A stretch of DNA of 40,471 nt, taken from positions 1-40,471 of the forward strand of contig JYFJ02003526.1 of NCBI GenBank assembly GCA_000934665.2, given 5' to 3'. The notes beneath the pieces were generated by a model. It was given only the letters and a program-made list of their open reading frames with translations, searched no databases and was not told the DNA's origin. Origin of the DNA: Catajapyx aquilonaris (taxonomy: Eukaryota). The position numbers and the translations under genes are program-made. Shown one piece after another: positions 11,560 to 22,880 of the stretch. The number at the start of each line of letters is the position of its first letter. Position 1 is the stretch's first letter.

Positions 11560-12520
11560 TGGTTCTCTGGATAGATTCCCATGGATTAGGTCAATGTTCC
11601 TCTTACTAGGGCTGGTTTCACCAAGCCCCAGTTTTGATAAAAAACCCGGTTCTTTTGGAAAATCCCCTGCAAATAGAATAGGGATTTTCCGGGAAAAAAA
11701 ACTGAGGTTTTATCAAAACTGGGCTTGGTGAAACCGGCTTTAATATTTGCGACAATAAAAACTCTTAATTAACCTTTGGTTTTGGATCACTCGGATTGCG
11801 TCGGATTATCTCAGATTCTGCAGTTTTCCGGAGTCTCTCTCTTATGGATTTCTTTGGATTTCCTGTGGAATTCTTCTAAATTCATCAGAAGTCTCTGCTT
11901 GTTATAGATTCCGTGGATTACGTCAATGTTGAATGTTCCTGTTGATTTTGATTACATTTCTTAATAAACCGCTGGTTTGGAATTTCTCGGATTGCGCCGG
12001 ATTATCTGAGATTCTGCAGTTTTCTGGAGTCTCTGATGGTGGAATTTCTTTGGATTACTCCAGATTTCATGTTGGGAATTCTTCTGAATTCATCAGAAGT
12101 CTCTGGAGAGATTCCATGGATTATAGGGGTCAATGATCCTGTTGATTTTAATTGAACTAATAAGATTTATTAACAAATGGTTGGTTTGGGATCACTCGGG
12201 GAATTCGCACTAGTTTTTCTCCGGAGTCTCCGCTAGATTAACTCGAATTTCTTTTTTAAAAAAAATCTGGATCACTTTGATTTCTCCGGATTATTTGAGA
12301 TTCTCCCTTGTTCTTCTGGAGTCTCTGATGAGTTCCCTGAAATTACTATGGTATTCTTTCTAGATCACCTTCTGGATTTCTCCGGATTATTTGAGATTAT
12401 CTGTAGTTTTTCCGCTGGAGTCTCCTCTAGATTTCTTGGGATTACTGGAGTTTTCTCTGGAATATTTCTGAAACCATCAGCAGGATGACTTTCATATTGT
12501 CCTATAGACCAGATTTCATG
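11560..12520 (+). repeat. Degenerate ~195-bp tandem repeat with shorter derived subrepeats
   Basis: cggattgcg.cggattatct.agattctgcagtttt occurs at ~11791 and ~11988. atagattcc.tggatta.gtcaatg occurs at ~11571, ~11904 and ~12108. gatttctccggattatttgagatt occurs at ~12279 and ~12376. Confidence 0.75.
11609..11740. mobile_element. PIF/Harbinger-like MITE inserted in the ~195-bp repeat
   Basis: gggctggtttcaccaagccccagttttgataaaa is inverted in ttttatcaaaactgggcttggtgaaaccggc, with inner ggaaaatccc / gggattttcc. The 3-bp TSD is not clean. Confidence 0.8.
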
Positions 12521-12866
12521 AAGTTGAAAATTATTGTCGATTATGATCAAATTCAATTCATTTTTGACTCTTAACTTTTTTAAGCTGATAATGAACTGGT
12601 ATCCTCAGAGAGTGGCGCACCCTACGGTCGAGTAGATTGGAATTATCCAGAGAATAAAAAAAAGGAAGCTATAAGCATGAGGTAACCTGTGAGGTTTAAA
12701 AAAAATAAGAAGAGAAGAGTCTGAGCGAAGGTAAAAAGGGGTGGCCTCCAAAGGTGCGCTCAAAGTTACGTCATGCGGTGATGGAAGGAGGGGGACAGGG
12801 GGAGGGGGGGGGTGGAGAAGAGGTCGGATTATTTCAAGGCAAGTTCTGTCGCAATTGAACCTCGCA

Positions 12867-13610
12867 TCCTCTACTATATAGGATAAGAAAATTTTTGCAC
12901 TTGCAGGACTTCAGAAAGTCGAGCGAATGGAAAAAAGTTGTGCTGGATTCTATAAAATTATTTTGGACTATATTCTTGGGAATCCAGGAAAATATGATGA
13001 CACGTACCGGTATGCTCCTAATTATCCAATGAGTCCAAGGCGTCATTCATCAAAATTCATTAGTGAAGAAATCTACGCCTTGGGATTACAATAATAAATC
13101 TGGTTGATCTACATGTGCCAATAAATCTTTTAACGACTGCGAATCTGGCCATTCAGGTTCTGGTTGACTGTTACGGCAGCGGTTGATGCAAATTGCGCAA
13201 TTTTTTTTACTTCTTATTACATAAGGTGAATTCGCATATTATTAGCTCCTGAACGTAAGCACGTTCGTATAGGACTGTAATATGTGGTTGTAATTGTAGT
13301 TAAACACAATGAAACTTGACACATCCTACACGAAAGTGCTATAAACTACTTAACAGCCATGCATGTCTAGCAATTATTCAAACTTGCTCGGTACATTCCT
13401 AGTCATGATCAGGCTACAATGATTCCCCCTATAATAATAGCCTTATTTTTTTCGCCTCCGGAACGCTCCGGAAGGAGAACGGTCCCCGGTGAGTGCTGCC
13501 ACCATCTGATCGCGGCGGAAAGATAGAAGGGCCCCTGGTGAGTCCTGCCACCTTCTGATCACGGCACTAAATCATCAGGCCTTGCCAAATTTTGGCTACG
13601 GGTGCGCTAG
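12867..13610 (+). mobile_element. Candidate complete non-autonomous Helitron
   Basis: A|TCCTCTACTATATAGG at the 5' end. At the 3' end a hairpin gccaa-att-ttggc (~13584-13596) is followed by tacgggtgcgCTAG|T. Pairing the two ends is an inference. Confidence 0.4.
13484..13565 (+). repeat. ~33-bp direct repeat, two copies
   Basis: ccccggtgagtgctgccaccatctgatcgcggc and cccctggtgagtcctgccaccttctgatcacggc. Confidence 0.85.
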
Positions 13611-14878
13611 TTATTAAAATAATTGGCTTATTTTACTGTGGTGTTGCTCTGGTTTATCCTACACACAATAATACGAAGCACTCGAGTTAGTAGTCCAAAG
13701 TTGTCCTGATGTTTTTACCTGGCAGACAATTATTCCGAATGGAAAGAAGTTGGGTAAAGTAGAGTTGGAAATGAGAAGACACGTGCATGGCCTGCATGCA
13801 ATTTTGAATGAGGCAAAGGAGGCCATTTTTAATCCAGTCAACTTCTCCGGTGGAGTTGCAAGTTTTCTTCTTCGGAGGAGGTGGTGGTGGTGGAGGAGCA
13901 TGTTGAATAAAGTTTCGGCCAAACTACTGGAACAGATTGCACGGGAAGGGAGAAAAGTATACTCTTCACGACCAGATTATGGATTCACTCGAATCTTACA
14001 AGAATCTTTTCTATGGAGTGCATCGGATTACATGTGTTTACAGCCACATTTTGACATTATTTGATGGCTCAGATGATTCTAACTTCTTTTTTTTCTTTTC
14101 GAATCAGTTTACAATATTCTGATTTTCTTTATCCATCACCGGGTGATGTCAAAGGTATACTTTTCAAAGTAAGAACTACGCCTCTCAAGTCTTGCAATGT
14201 GGCTTGGATCGCTTTGTGTATACACAGACAGGACCGATCAGATATAACTGGAGGGGATCAAAAATTTAATGGTCCTGTTAATAAATTTAAATTTAATGAA
14301 CTTCTGTGGGTTGCTCGCAGGGTTGGAGGGAAAAGGTGGAGGAGAAAAGGGGAAGGAAGGAAGGAGAGCTAGAGGGAATAGTCTCTCTCTCTCCTTTTCT
14401 TGCGGAAGCGTCCGTTTTACTGATTTTCGGTATGGAGCATGCGTCTGGACCCAGGCCAAACCCTTTCCTCCCGGGAAAGGTTCAACCTCTACCCAACCTT
14501 AAAAAAAAGTGTGTGAGAGAGAGAGGAGATGGGGGGTGGAGACGAAACTCGGAGGAAAAAAATAAAAATAAAAGGAGGGGAAGGTGTATGTGTCAGGGGC
14601 TGGAGGCGAGGAGGTACAGTGCAAGTGGCTGGTGTACGGTACACATGAACTGTAATTCCCAAAGCAGACACTGTTATCTGCTGTAGTCCCCCGAAACCTT
14701 ACACGAGAAGCAGATAAAGGAACACATTGTTAACACTACAGGTATCACAAATTATGTGTACTGTTTGTCCCCCCCCATAAGATGTCCCAGTAGGCAGTGT
14801 ACTTGTATCAATAAAATCTACATATATATAAAAGGCAAAGTTTGTTGGTTTGTCCATGGCAACAGGTAGTGTAATCGA

Positions 14879-15370
14879 CAAAGAGTTCTGCTTATATACC
14901 TGAGGCAGCCACCAAACTTTACTCAGGTAATATTGTTGTTCTAACAGTTGTCTATAGCAACTTTATAATTGATATATTTAAGGAGGTTGGCCCAGCATTG
15001 CCTTTCAACCTCCAAGGATAGGGAAGGAAGGAAGCGGCTGTGGCCTATTATACGGAAGCAACCCCGGAATTATCCTAGAAAGACCGTGGAAAACCACAGA
15101 AAACCACAGTCAAGGTTGCCGGCCCCGGGATTCGAACCCAGGACCTCCCGATTAGCAGTCGGACGCCTTATCCACTATGCCAACCTGCTTCGGTATGTCT
15201 ATAGCAACTGCGACAACAACCAATAATGACAACACTGGGACAATAATTAGTCCAATAATGTAATCTTTACTCGGGTAATATTGTTGCCTGCATTGTTGTC
15301 TGCCTTACATTTCATCTCGAGTGCTCTCTCTCTACAGTTATATTATATCGTATTATAGCAGAACTCTTTG
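14879..15370. mobile_element. Family D MITE nested in family B, apparent TCGA duplication
   Basis: TIRs CAAAGAGTTCTGCT / AGCAGAACTCTTTG, with tcga at 14875-14878 and 15371-15374. The rebuilt empty site gtaatcgacaactcgc matches the reverse complement of the sister unit at ~15699-15717. Confidence 0.65.
14963..15195 (-). mobile_element. Full-length tRNA-derived SINE
   Basis: A box TGGCATAGTGG (15182-15172) and B box GGTTCGAATCC (15138-15128). The anticodon-like stem-loop ccga-CTGCTAA-tcgg and an A-rich tail are present. A 14-bp TSD tgtctatagcaact lies at 14949-14962 and 15196-15209. Confidence 0.93.
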
Positions 15371-17101
15371 TCGACAACTCGCAATATTATTTTTTAATGC
15401 CACGGAAACCTCGTTGCCATGGACAAACAAGCAAGCAAACAAACGTAGCCATGGAGAACCATTGCTATGAACAAACGAACCAGACGCAATGTATAAATAA
15501 ATCTATACATATACCTATAGTATAAAACGAGGCAAAGTTTGTTGGTTTGTCCATGGCAACAAGGTTTCCATGTATTTTTTTATAATTGTGAGCTGTCGAT
15601 TACATTACATGGACAAACCAACGAACTTTGCCATTTATATTATGTAGATAGATGGTTTGTCCACAGCAACGAGGTTTCCATGGCATTTTAAAATCATAAT
15701 TGTGAGTTGTCGATTACGTTACAAGGGAAACCTCGTTGCTATGGACAAACCAACAAACTTTGCCTTTTATAGTACAGTATAATAATGTAGATAGTATATT
15801 AATTTACCGACTCCCCTTTGGACTTTTTTAAATGATGGACAAACAGTACAGATTCTTTTTTGATACTAATAGTGTTACGGTAATTACCATTATCTGCTTA
15901 GATTAATAAATAAGTAAATTCATAAATAAATTTTATTGGACCTATATGTGGAAGGGTCTAGTCTGGATGATAATATTTTTAGCCCACCTTTTTATTGCCT
16001 GATATCTGATCGGGTGTTATTGTCTCAAGGCAATCGGTGGTGTTGCATGGGTGGAGTAGCCTTATAGTCGCATACCTGGTGACCACTCCATAAATCTGCC
16101 TTGCGGGGTCAAGCAGGTCATCTGAACTCCATGGGCTAATCGAGGGCTAGATTGCCCATTAAAAGCGGGCCATATACGTACAGTAGTAACTGACTGATGT
16201 CGGTCTTGACACATGGTCTCATTGAAACTTTTTTTTTAATAATTTTATTTTAAAATTTAATTATTTATTGTTGATTTGGCAGAGTAGCCATGCGGGAAAT
16301 AAAGAGTCGGAAGCCGTGTGCAGGTGTAAACCGGGTTTTGTGTCAGGTAGTAGCGAGCCGTTGAACCTTTCGGTAGCCCCGTCGCTTTCACCGTGTGTCG
16401 TTTTCCATGCGATGATGTTTATAACGGGACTGACTTGACCTGGAGAATGTTTTTTAGAAATGGGTAGGAGTCAGGGGAAGAAGAACAAGAAGAAGGTCTG
16501 CGAAGGGAAAATAGCTGTTGCGTGCGACCCTTTTTCTCTCTCTCTCTCTCTTGATTTTCGCGCGACGACCTGGCATCATGGCAAGAGTCCCGCGAATTGT
16601 GTCCCGCTTTCCAGGAACCGCAAGAGAAAAAGCGAATTTTTTTCCCTCTCCTCCCTTCTCCCTCTCTATCTCTCTAAACCCCGCCATCCCCCTCATTTCA
16701 CCCCCTCCTTCCTTCCTTCCTAGTTTTCATCTCTGTACAGCAGCCAGCAAGTGGCTCGGAACCGAATATTCTGCAACCGAGAGTACAGGGTGAGGCACAC
16801 AAAAGCAACGTTGAAATCAGAGGGATCAACCCATTGCTGAGAAAAATCTGGCCATATTAAAATATTTACGCAGCTGTATATGAATTTTTTAAAGGAGCGC
16901 AACCGAGTGCGCACCCTCACTCGCGCAGCTCCATTGTTCTGACAACAACGATGCCAGTTATACTCCCTAGGAGCGAAATAAGGTTACGATTTGCAAACTG
17001 AAATAATAATAAAAAAATCAACAAAATAAGATAAAAATAAAAAGTCACTAATTAATCATAGTACTAATAGTAATGAATGATATGAACTAATGGGTTATGA
17101 A

Positions 17102-17758
17102 TAGAGAACGGATTTCTAGGTTTTTACCTACTTCTTCTTTTGTAGGCAGAACACCGGAACCAAAATATCTATCCGTTTCATAACACAAGGACCTCAAAAA
17201 TCGCAGTTTTATAGAACCTAAAAATGCCTATTTCGGGTGTTGGGACCTAAATGGCCTATTAGCACCTATTAGTGCCTATTTCGACCTTTTTCACGCCATT
17301 CGGTAAGATTTTCGAGAGTTCTGCAGGTTTTCCGTTCAAGGAATCCCTCCCACTTCAACCTGTGACAAGCGAAGAAGCGGTTGATCGGCAAGATCCCGGG
17401 TAATATGCCGTTAACAGCTATTGCGAGTCGAAATAACTGTTATTAATAGCCGTTAAATAAGCTGCTACATTCGGCCCGACGGCTTTTCTATCGGCCATAG
17501 TGGCTCCCCGTGAGGGAGCATCTTAACTGTCGCCGAATAACTGCGATTAACCAACGAAAATATGGAATAACTGCTAGTTCGTTACTGTTCTGCAAAATTC
17601 CATGGCCAGGAGTATAGGCTGTAAATATGTGTAGAAATTAAAATAAATTAGAACCAGCTTGATTTATAGTGCCTATTTAAGAGCCTATTTTGACTGTTTT
17701 CAGGGCCTAAGTGCCTACCTATTTGAGGGTTTTTTAGAACCTAGAAATCCGTTCTCTA
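17102..17758. mobile_element. hAT-type MITE, 657 bp
   Basis: Perfect 21-bp TIR TAGAGAACGGATTTCTAGGTT and perfect 8-bp TSD gttatgaa (17094-17101, 17759-17766). Subterminal gcctatt motifs cluster at both ends. Confidence 0.93.
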
Positions 17759-17766
17759 GTTATGAA

Positions 17767-18344
17767 TAATATGAACTATTAAAATAATAAATATTATTAA
17801 CTATTAAAATAATGCATATTATTAACTATTAAAATAATGAATATTATTAACTATTAATATAATAAATATTATTAACTATTAAATATTAGATAATATTAAC
17901 TACTAACTAATAGGTCATAGATAATATTAACTACTAACTAATAGGTCATAAATAATATTAACTATTAACTATTAAATAATATTAACTACTAATAGGTCAT
18001 AGATAATATTAACTACTAACTAATAGGTCATAAATAATATTAACTATTAACTATTAAATAATATTAACTACTAATAGGTCATAGATAATATTAACTACTA
18101 ACTAATAGGTCATAAATAATATTAACTACTAACTAATAGGTCATAAATAATATGAACTATTAATATAATAAATAATAGTAACTATTAGCTAATAGGTAAT
18201 AAATAATATGAACTATTAAAATAATAAATAACAGTAACTATTAGCTAATAGGTAATAAATAATATGAACTATTAAAATAATAAATAACAGTAACTATTAG
18301 CTAATAGGTAATAAATAATATGAACTATTAATATAATAAATAAG
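17767..18344 (+). repeat. AT-rich compound minisatellite (~24-, ~31- and ~55-bp units)
   Basis: Successive blocks of atattattaactattaaaataat, taatattaactactaactaataggtcata, and taataaataatatgaactattaaaataataaataacagtaactattagctaatagg. Confidence 0.9.
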
Positions 18345-18577
18345 TTGTTGTTCGCATCCGAAGTGTCTGGCGTTTGTTCCAGAGCTTTGGCAACGTCGCA
18401 AACGTCTGGCCCAAGTGTAGCGTTGGAAATAAGGAGAGCGCTTATTTATCAGTACACCCCACTATACAGAGAGCTTTACCAGATATTGATAAGGCCAAGC
18501 GTGCACGCTGCGCGAACTGTGGTGCGCACTAGGTTGCGCTTGTTTGTTTTTAAATTATTTATCGTAATGAGTCTCAT

Positions 18578-18746
18578 AATTTGGCAACACTGCCCGGCTC
18601 GCCCCTCTTCCCCCTAAACTTGGCCGTAGTACGATGTGCCGCAACCAGATGGCGTGCATCTGCACACTACCTCCATCCACGTGATAACTATGGAGACTAA
18701 ATGTACCTAATGGATGTACAGAGTCACGTCTAGCCAATTCTATATA
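18578..18746 (+). repeat. Family C copy
   Basis: Collinear with 2314-2545 and ends in ctagccaattctatata. Confidence 0.7.
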
Positions 18747-19975
18747 TTGCACACCATTTTTGGGGGTTAACTTTTGGGTCATTTATTATGGTGATAGAAG
18801 TATGCAGATTTCGCCAGCTTCATTTTAACTGAATGAAGTATAAGATCCCCTTTGGGTATATGTTCCTGGGCCTAACTTAATTTTGACATTTTTTGTGGGT
18901 TGACACATTATTGTATGACACCGTCCAGTAATGATTGAATTAAAATCTTGCTCGATCAGTGTCCCTCTAGTGACCATATGTGAGCAGGAATGTGCGTGAG
19001 ATGCAAGCCTGGCATTCTTTTATATAGGCTGGGGGTTAATTTCAGCTGGACCAAACTGGGGGGGAGTTGATGCTGGATTATGCAAAAAAGCGTTTGTGGG
19101 CCCCTGGGCTTTAGGGGGTTGGTTTGGTTGGTCTGGGTTGAAGGGGGTGGGTGGAGGGAGGCCGAAAAGTGAGTGGGAAGCTGGAGTGGAGCTGATCCAG
19201 TTCGTGATCCGAGGGCGAGGAACTCTATTGGCTCAACCCCCTTTACTTATGCTGCTGGCTTCACCATTTCGGTACAGGGTCAGCCAGAAGAGAGGTTGTT
19301 CACTCCAGCAACCCGGTGCTTCCTTACCGATTCCGAAGAAAAAAAAATCTGGATCACCCTGTAGTCCCTTCTCTTTTTTAAAGGTTGATGGGCGGGGGAG
19401 GCGCATCTGGACTTATCTCATGGTGAAAGTGAAAGCGGACATTTGGCCCACTGATCGTCGCTTATAATTCTCTTTTTTTTCCCCTCTAAATGGTACAGGG
19501 TGTATCTTTTGTTGACTTCCTTGACGGTAGCAAACCGTTTGAAGGAAATTATGGCTGTCTTTAAAGTGTGGCGTTAAATTTTATAAGTGCTTGGGATTCT
19601 GTTGGGTGTGAGTCAGTGCGTGACATTTTAAAAACCAGTGTGTGGTCTAGACACTCTAGAGGAGCATGATTTATGTCGCAGCATTGGATTTATGCCCTGG
19701 GTTAAGAGACAGTGCAACGAGAGAAAAAATAGGCAATTTGCCCGATCAAGGTTGGATTATTTTGCTTGTGTGGCGATTTGGTCGAGCCTTGTAATTTCGG
19801 ACAAGGATAATAAATCTAGACGAAGAAATTTATGTGCAATTCGTATATAATGCGTGTGCTTGATTGGTAATGAATCCATTACAACCATGTTGGAATGTCA
19901 TGGATGTACTTGGCTCATGAGTTTGATATTAATCATTGAATGTGATTTTCAGCGTACGTGGAATCAATGAATCGA

Positions 19976-20560
19976 TTATTTTTATTCATTTATTTTCTTA
20001 TGTTATTTATTTGTTCGTTTGTTTATTTGTTCATTTCTTGAATATCGTTCGGTTCGTTCGTCCGTCCGTTCGTTCATTCATTTTAATTTGTCCTATTTTT
20101 ATTTCACTATTTATACATTTATTGATTAATTTAATTGCTCGCTTATTCGTTCGTTCGTTTCGTTCGTTTGTTCGTTTGTTCGTTTCGTTCCTTCGTTCGT
20201 CCGTCCGTTCGTTCATTCATTTTAATTTTTGTTATGTTTATTTTACTATTATTTTATTTTATTGTTCGTTAGTTCGTTTATTAGTTTATTTTTATTTATT
20301 TTCTCAGTTATGTATTATTTAATTGTTCGTTAGTTCGTTTATTAGTTTATTTATTTATTTATGTTTTCGGTTATGTATTATTTAATTGTTCCTTAGTTCG
20401 TTAATTAATTAATTTATTTATTTGCTTATATGTATTATTTAATTACTCCTTCGTTCGTTTATTCTTTTCTTTATTTCCTTGTTTATTTGTTTTTTCGTTC
20501 AATCGTTTAGCCGTTCATTCATTCATTTATATTTCGTGAATTAAATAATTAAGTAATTTA
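19976..20560 (+). repeat. Low-complexity (TTCG)n/(TTTA)n tract with a ~61-bp tandem block
   Basis: Runs of cgtt and attt; attgttcgttagttcgtttattagtttat repeats at ~20261, ~20322 and ~20384. Confidence 0.85.
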
Positions 20561-21408
20561 TCTACTTGTTCTCGTCACGAGATACTTGTTGGTTAATCAA
20601 CAGGTTATTAGAGTGCTACACGTATGTATTTTAATTTGTGGGTTGTACAACTCGTGTATAATTCACTGCATCCGCACCGTGATTGACTGACATTGAGAGG
20701 AGCTTAGGTCATGAGTATCCGATTATCATCGTCACCTTGGCGTAATGAGTTATAGTTATGGTCCTCGAGGCGGTCATTAAATGTGTACCGGTGCTGATGT
20801 CATGCATCCCTGTAACCCCAGTGGAAAAACTGTGTCCGCAATTAATTCCACAGCTACGAGAGTCCATTCTTCTTTACAAAATTTTTTTTTCTCTCTCTCC
20901 ACGTGCATATAGTCCGCGGGGATGTGAGACCTTGAGGGTCATGATGTCAACTGATGGTCAGTCGTGCTGCATGTTGGGCCCCCAAAAAATCCTTGGGCGT
21001 GGGAGTGAGGCCGAGTGACGCAACTTGTGAGAGAGAGAGAGAGAGACCAACGACCGTGAGAGATTCCTCATGTGCTCTGGGCTTGTACACTTTGTATAAC
21101 GGTCGAGGTATGTGCAAACCGCAAAATATATTTCGCGCCTTTTAAGTCCGTCGCGTCGGTGCGGCGGTCTCCTTTTTTTTGTTCTTGTTCGGGGTCGGGG
21201 TCGTCTTCCGGGGTTACGTTGCTCCATTTCCAGCACACAAACTTCGATGCAAGTCAGTAGTCACAATCAGGCGTGACATTTCACTGTACTTTCTCCGGGT
21301 TGTTCGGACGCTCGCAGCTCTCTCATTCCTCGATTCAAGTCTCCCCCCTGAATTCGTACAGGGTGAGGCTGCAAGAAGCGGCTACTATAAAAAAATGAAT
21401 TATTATTA

Positions 21409-21710
21409 TTTCACGGGCACAACCGAGTGCGCACCCACCTTCGCGCAGTCAACAACGCTGTCAGAGTTATTCCCTAGGGACCAGAAAATTATTCACACTC
21501 GTAGCCTCTGAGAGTTCTGCTATAATATTTTTTTATATAGCACATAATACATTACACGATATATTATAGCAGAACACCTTTGGCAACGTCGCAAACGTAG
21601 CGTTGGAAATAAGTACAGCGCAGTACATCCACTATACAGAGCATTTTATTGATAATTCCAACCGTGCACGATGCGCGAACTGTAATGCGCACTCAGTTGC
21701 GTTCGTTAAA
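21409..21710. mobile_element. Family A element copy 3 with family-D-like inner palindrome
   Basis: Left end acgggcacaaccgagtgcgcaccc, right end tgcgcactcagttgcgttcgttaaa. The interior has gagttctgctataatat ... atattatagcagaac. Confidence 0.85.
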
Positions 21711-22354
21711 AAAAACTCAAGATATACCTCGTCACCGGTTGGTCTCTCGACATTTCTCGCCTCTACATGTTCGACTTGATTTGGGCCAGTGAATATGATG
21801 AGCAAAAATGTTCCTTTGATGTATCCAGCATAACTTTTTAATCGAAGCCAATCCCGTGGCTAAACGGTACTTGAAATGATGGCAACCTAGTATACAAATA
21901 AACGTGTCGAGAGAAAACTGTTGATAGGACCAGGTACGAGGAAGTATCTTCCCCACCCACCCCTCCTTTACTTCCTTCCTTCCCTCCCCATCCAGATCCC
22001 CAAAGGTATATGTGTTTTCCACATGACAAAATTAGTGAGTTGTGCTTTCTTCTCAGGTGAGTTGTATCTGGGCGGCCTTTCTTTCCCGTTTCAAGTGGGA
22101 CAGGCCTGCATACAAAGCGGAATAATCCATCCGGGGCGTCATGCCCAACTAACTTTGAAGCCCAGAAAATTGCGGCTCTTTTCTCTCCTCCTCCTCCTCT
22201 TCCTCCCACCCACCGGGGCCTTTCTATATGCTTTGCTGGCTTAGGTCAGGTCTCCTCCCGGGTTGTCACCGATAACCTTCCAGGCACAACATATTATATA
22301 CTGCTGATGATCCAAGTCATTCATCGCATAATATGTATTTGACACATATATATG

Positions 22355-22880
22355 AATGTTAAATTGTCATTTTCAATTATAATTTTTAAAATATTCATTT
22401 TCAATTATAATTTTTAAATATTCAGTTTTAATTAAATATTTTTTAAATTGTCATTTTCAATTACAATTTTTTTAATTTTCAATTTCAATTTGTCAATTTT
22501 TTGTTTTATTTTTATTTACTATTTTATTAATATGTTATTTTATTTACTGTTTTATTAATATTTTATTTTATTTACTGTTTTATTAATATGTTATTTCATT
22601 TACTGTTTTATTAATATTTTATTTTATTTATTGGTTTGTTGATATTTTCATAATTTGCCTTTTTATTAATATTTTATTAATATTTAGTGTTTTATTAATT
22701 TATTGTTTTATTAATTTATTGCCTTATTAATTTATTGTTTTATTAATATTTATTGTTTTATTAATATTTATTGTTTTTTAAATTTTATTTTGTTTTATTG
22801 ACATTTATTGTTTTATTGACATTTATTTCTTATTTAATTTAATTTAATTTTTATTTTAATAATTATTATACTATTTTACT
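22355..22880 (+). repeat. Extremely AT-rich low-complexity/minisatellite tract
   Basis: Repeated tcattttcaattataatttttaaa, tttactgttttattaatat and tttattgttttattaat. Confidence 0.9.

Larger units (their letters stand above)
14817..15791. mobile_element. Cluster of three family B foldback units with Helitron-type 5' ends
   Basis: A|TCTA..TATAAAAGGCAAAGTTTGTTGGTTTGTCCATGGCAAC occurs forward at 14817 and 15502, and inverted ending at 15648 and 15791. The units span 14817-~15445, 15502-15648 and ~15652-15791. Confidence 0.75.
16887..18543. mobile_element. Family A element copy 2 (~1.65 kb, nested hAT MITE and minisatellites)
   Basis: Left end gagcgcaaccgagtgcgcaccc, right end gtgcgcactaggttgcgct. 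Both arms are shared with the other copies. Confidence 0.85.

Noticed and set aside
13750..14064. 104-aa ORF with protein-like composition
   Set aside because: No recognisable homology or splice support, and it includes a WWWW run from a GGT repeat.
15120..15195. tRNA-Ser gene
   Set aside because: No proper acceptor stem or long variable arm, and it continues into a SINE body flanked by TSDs.
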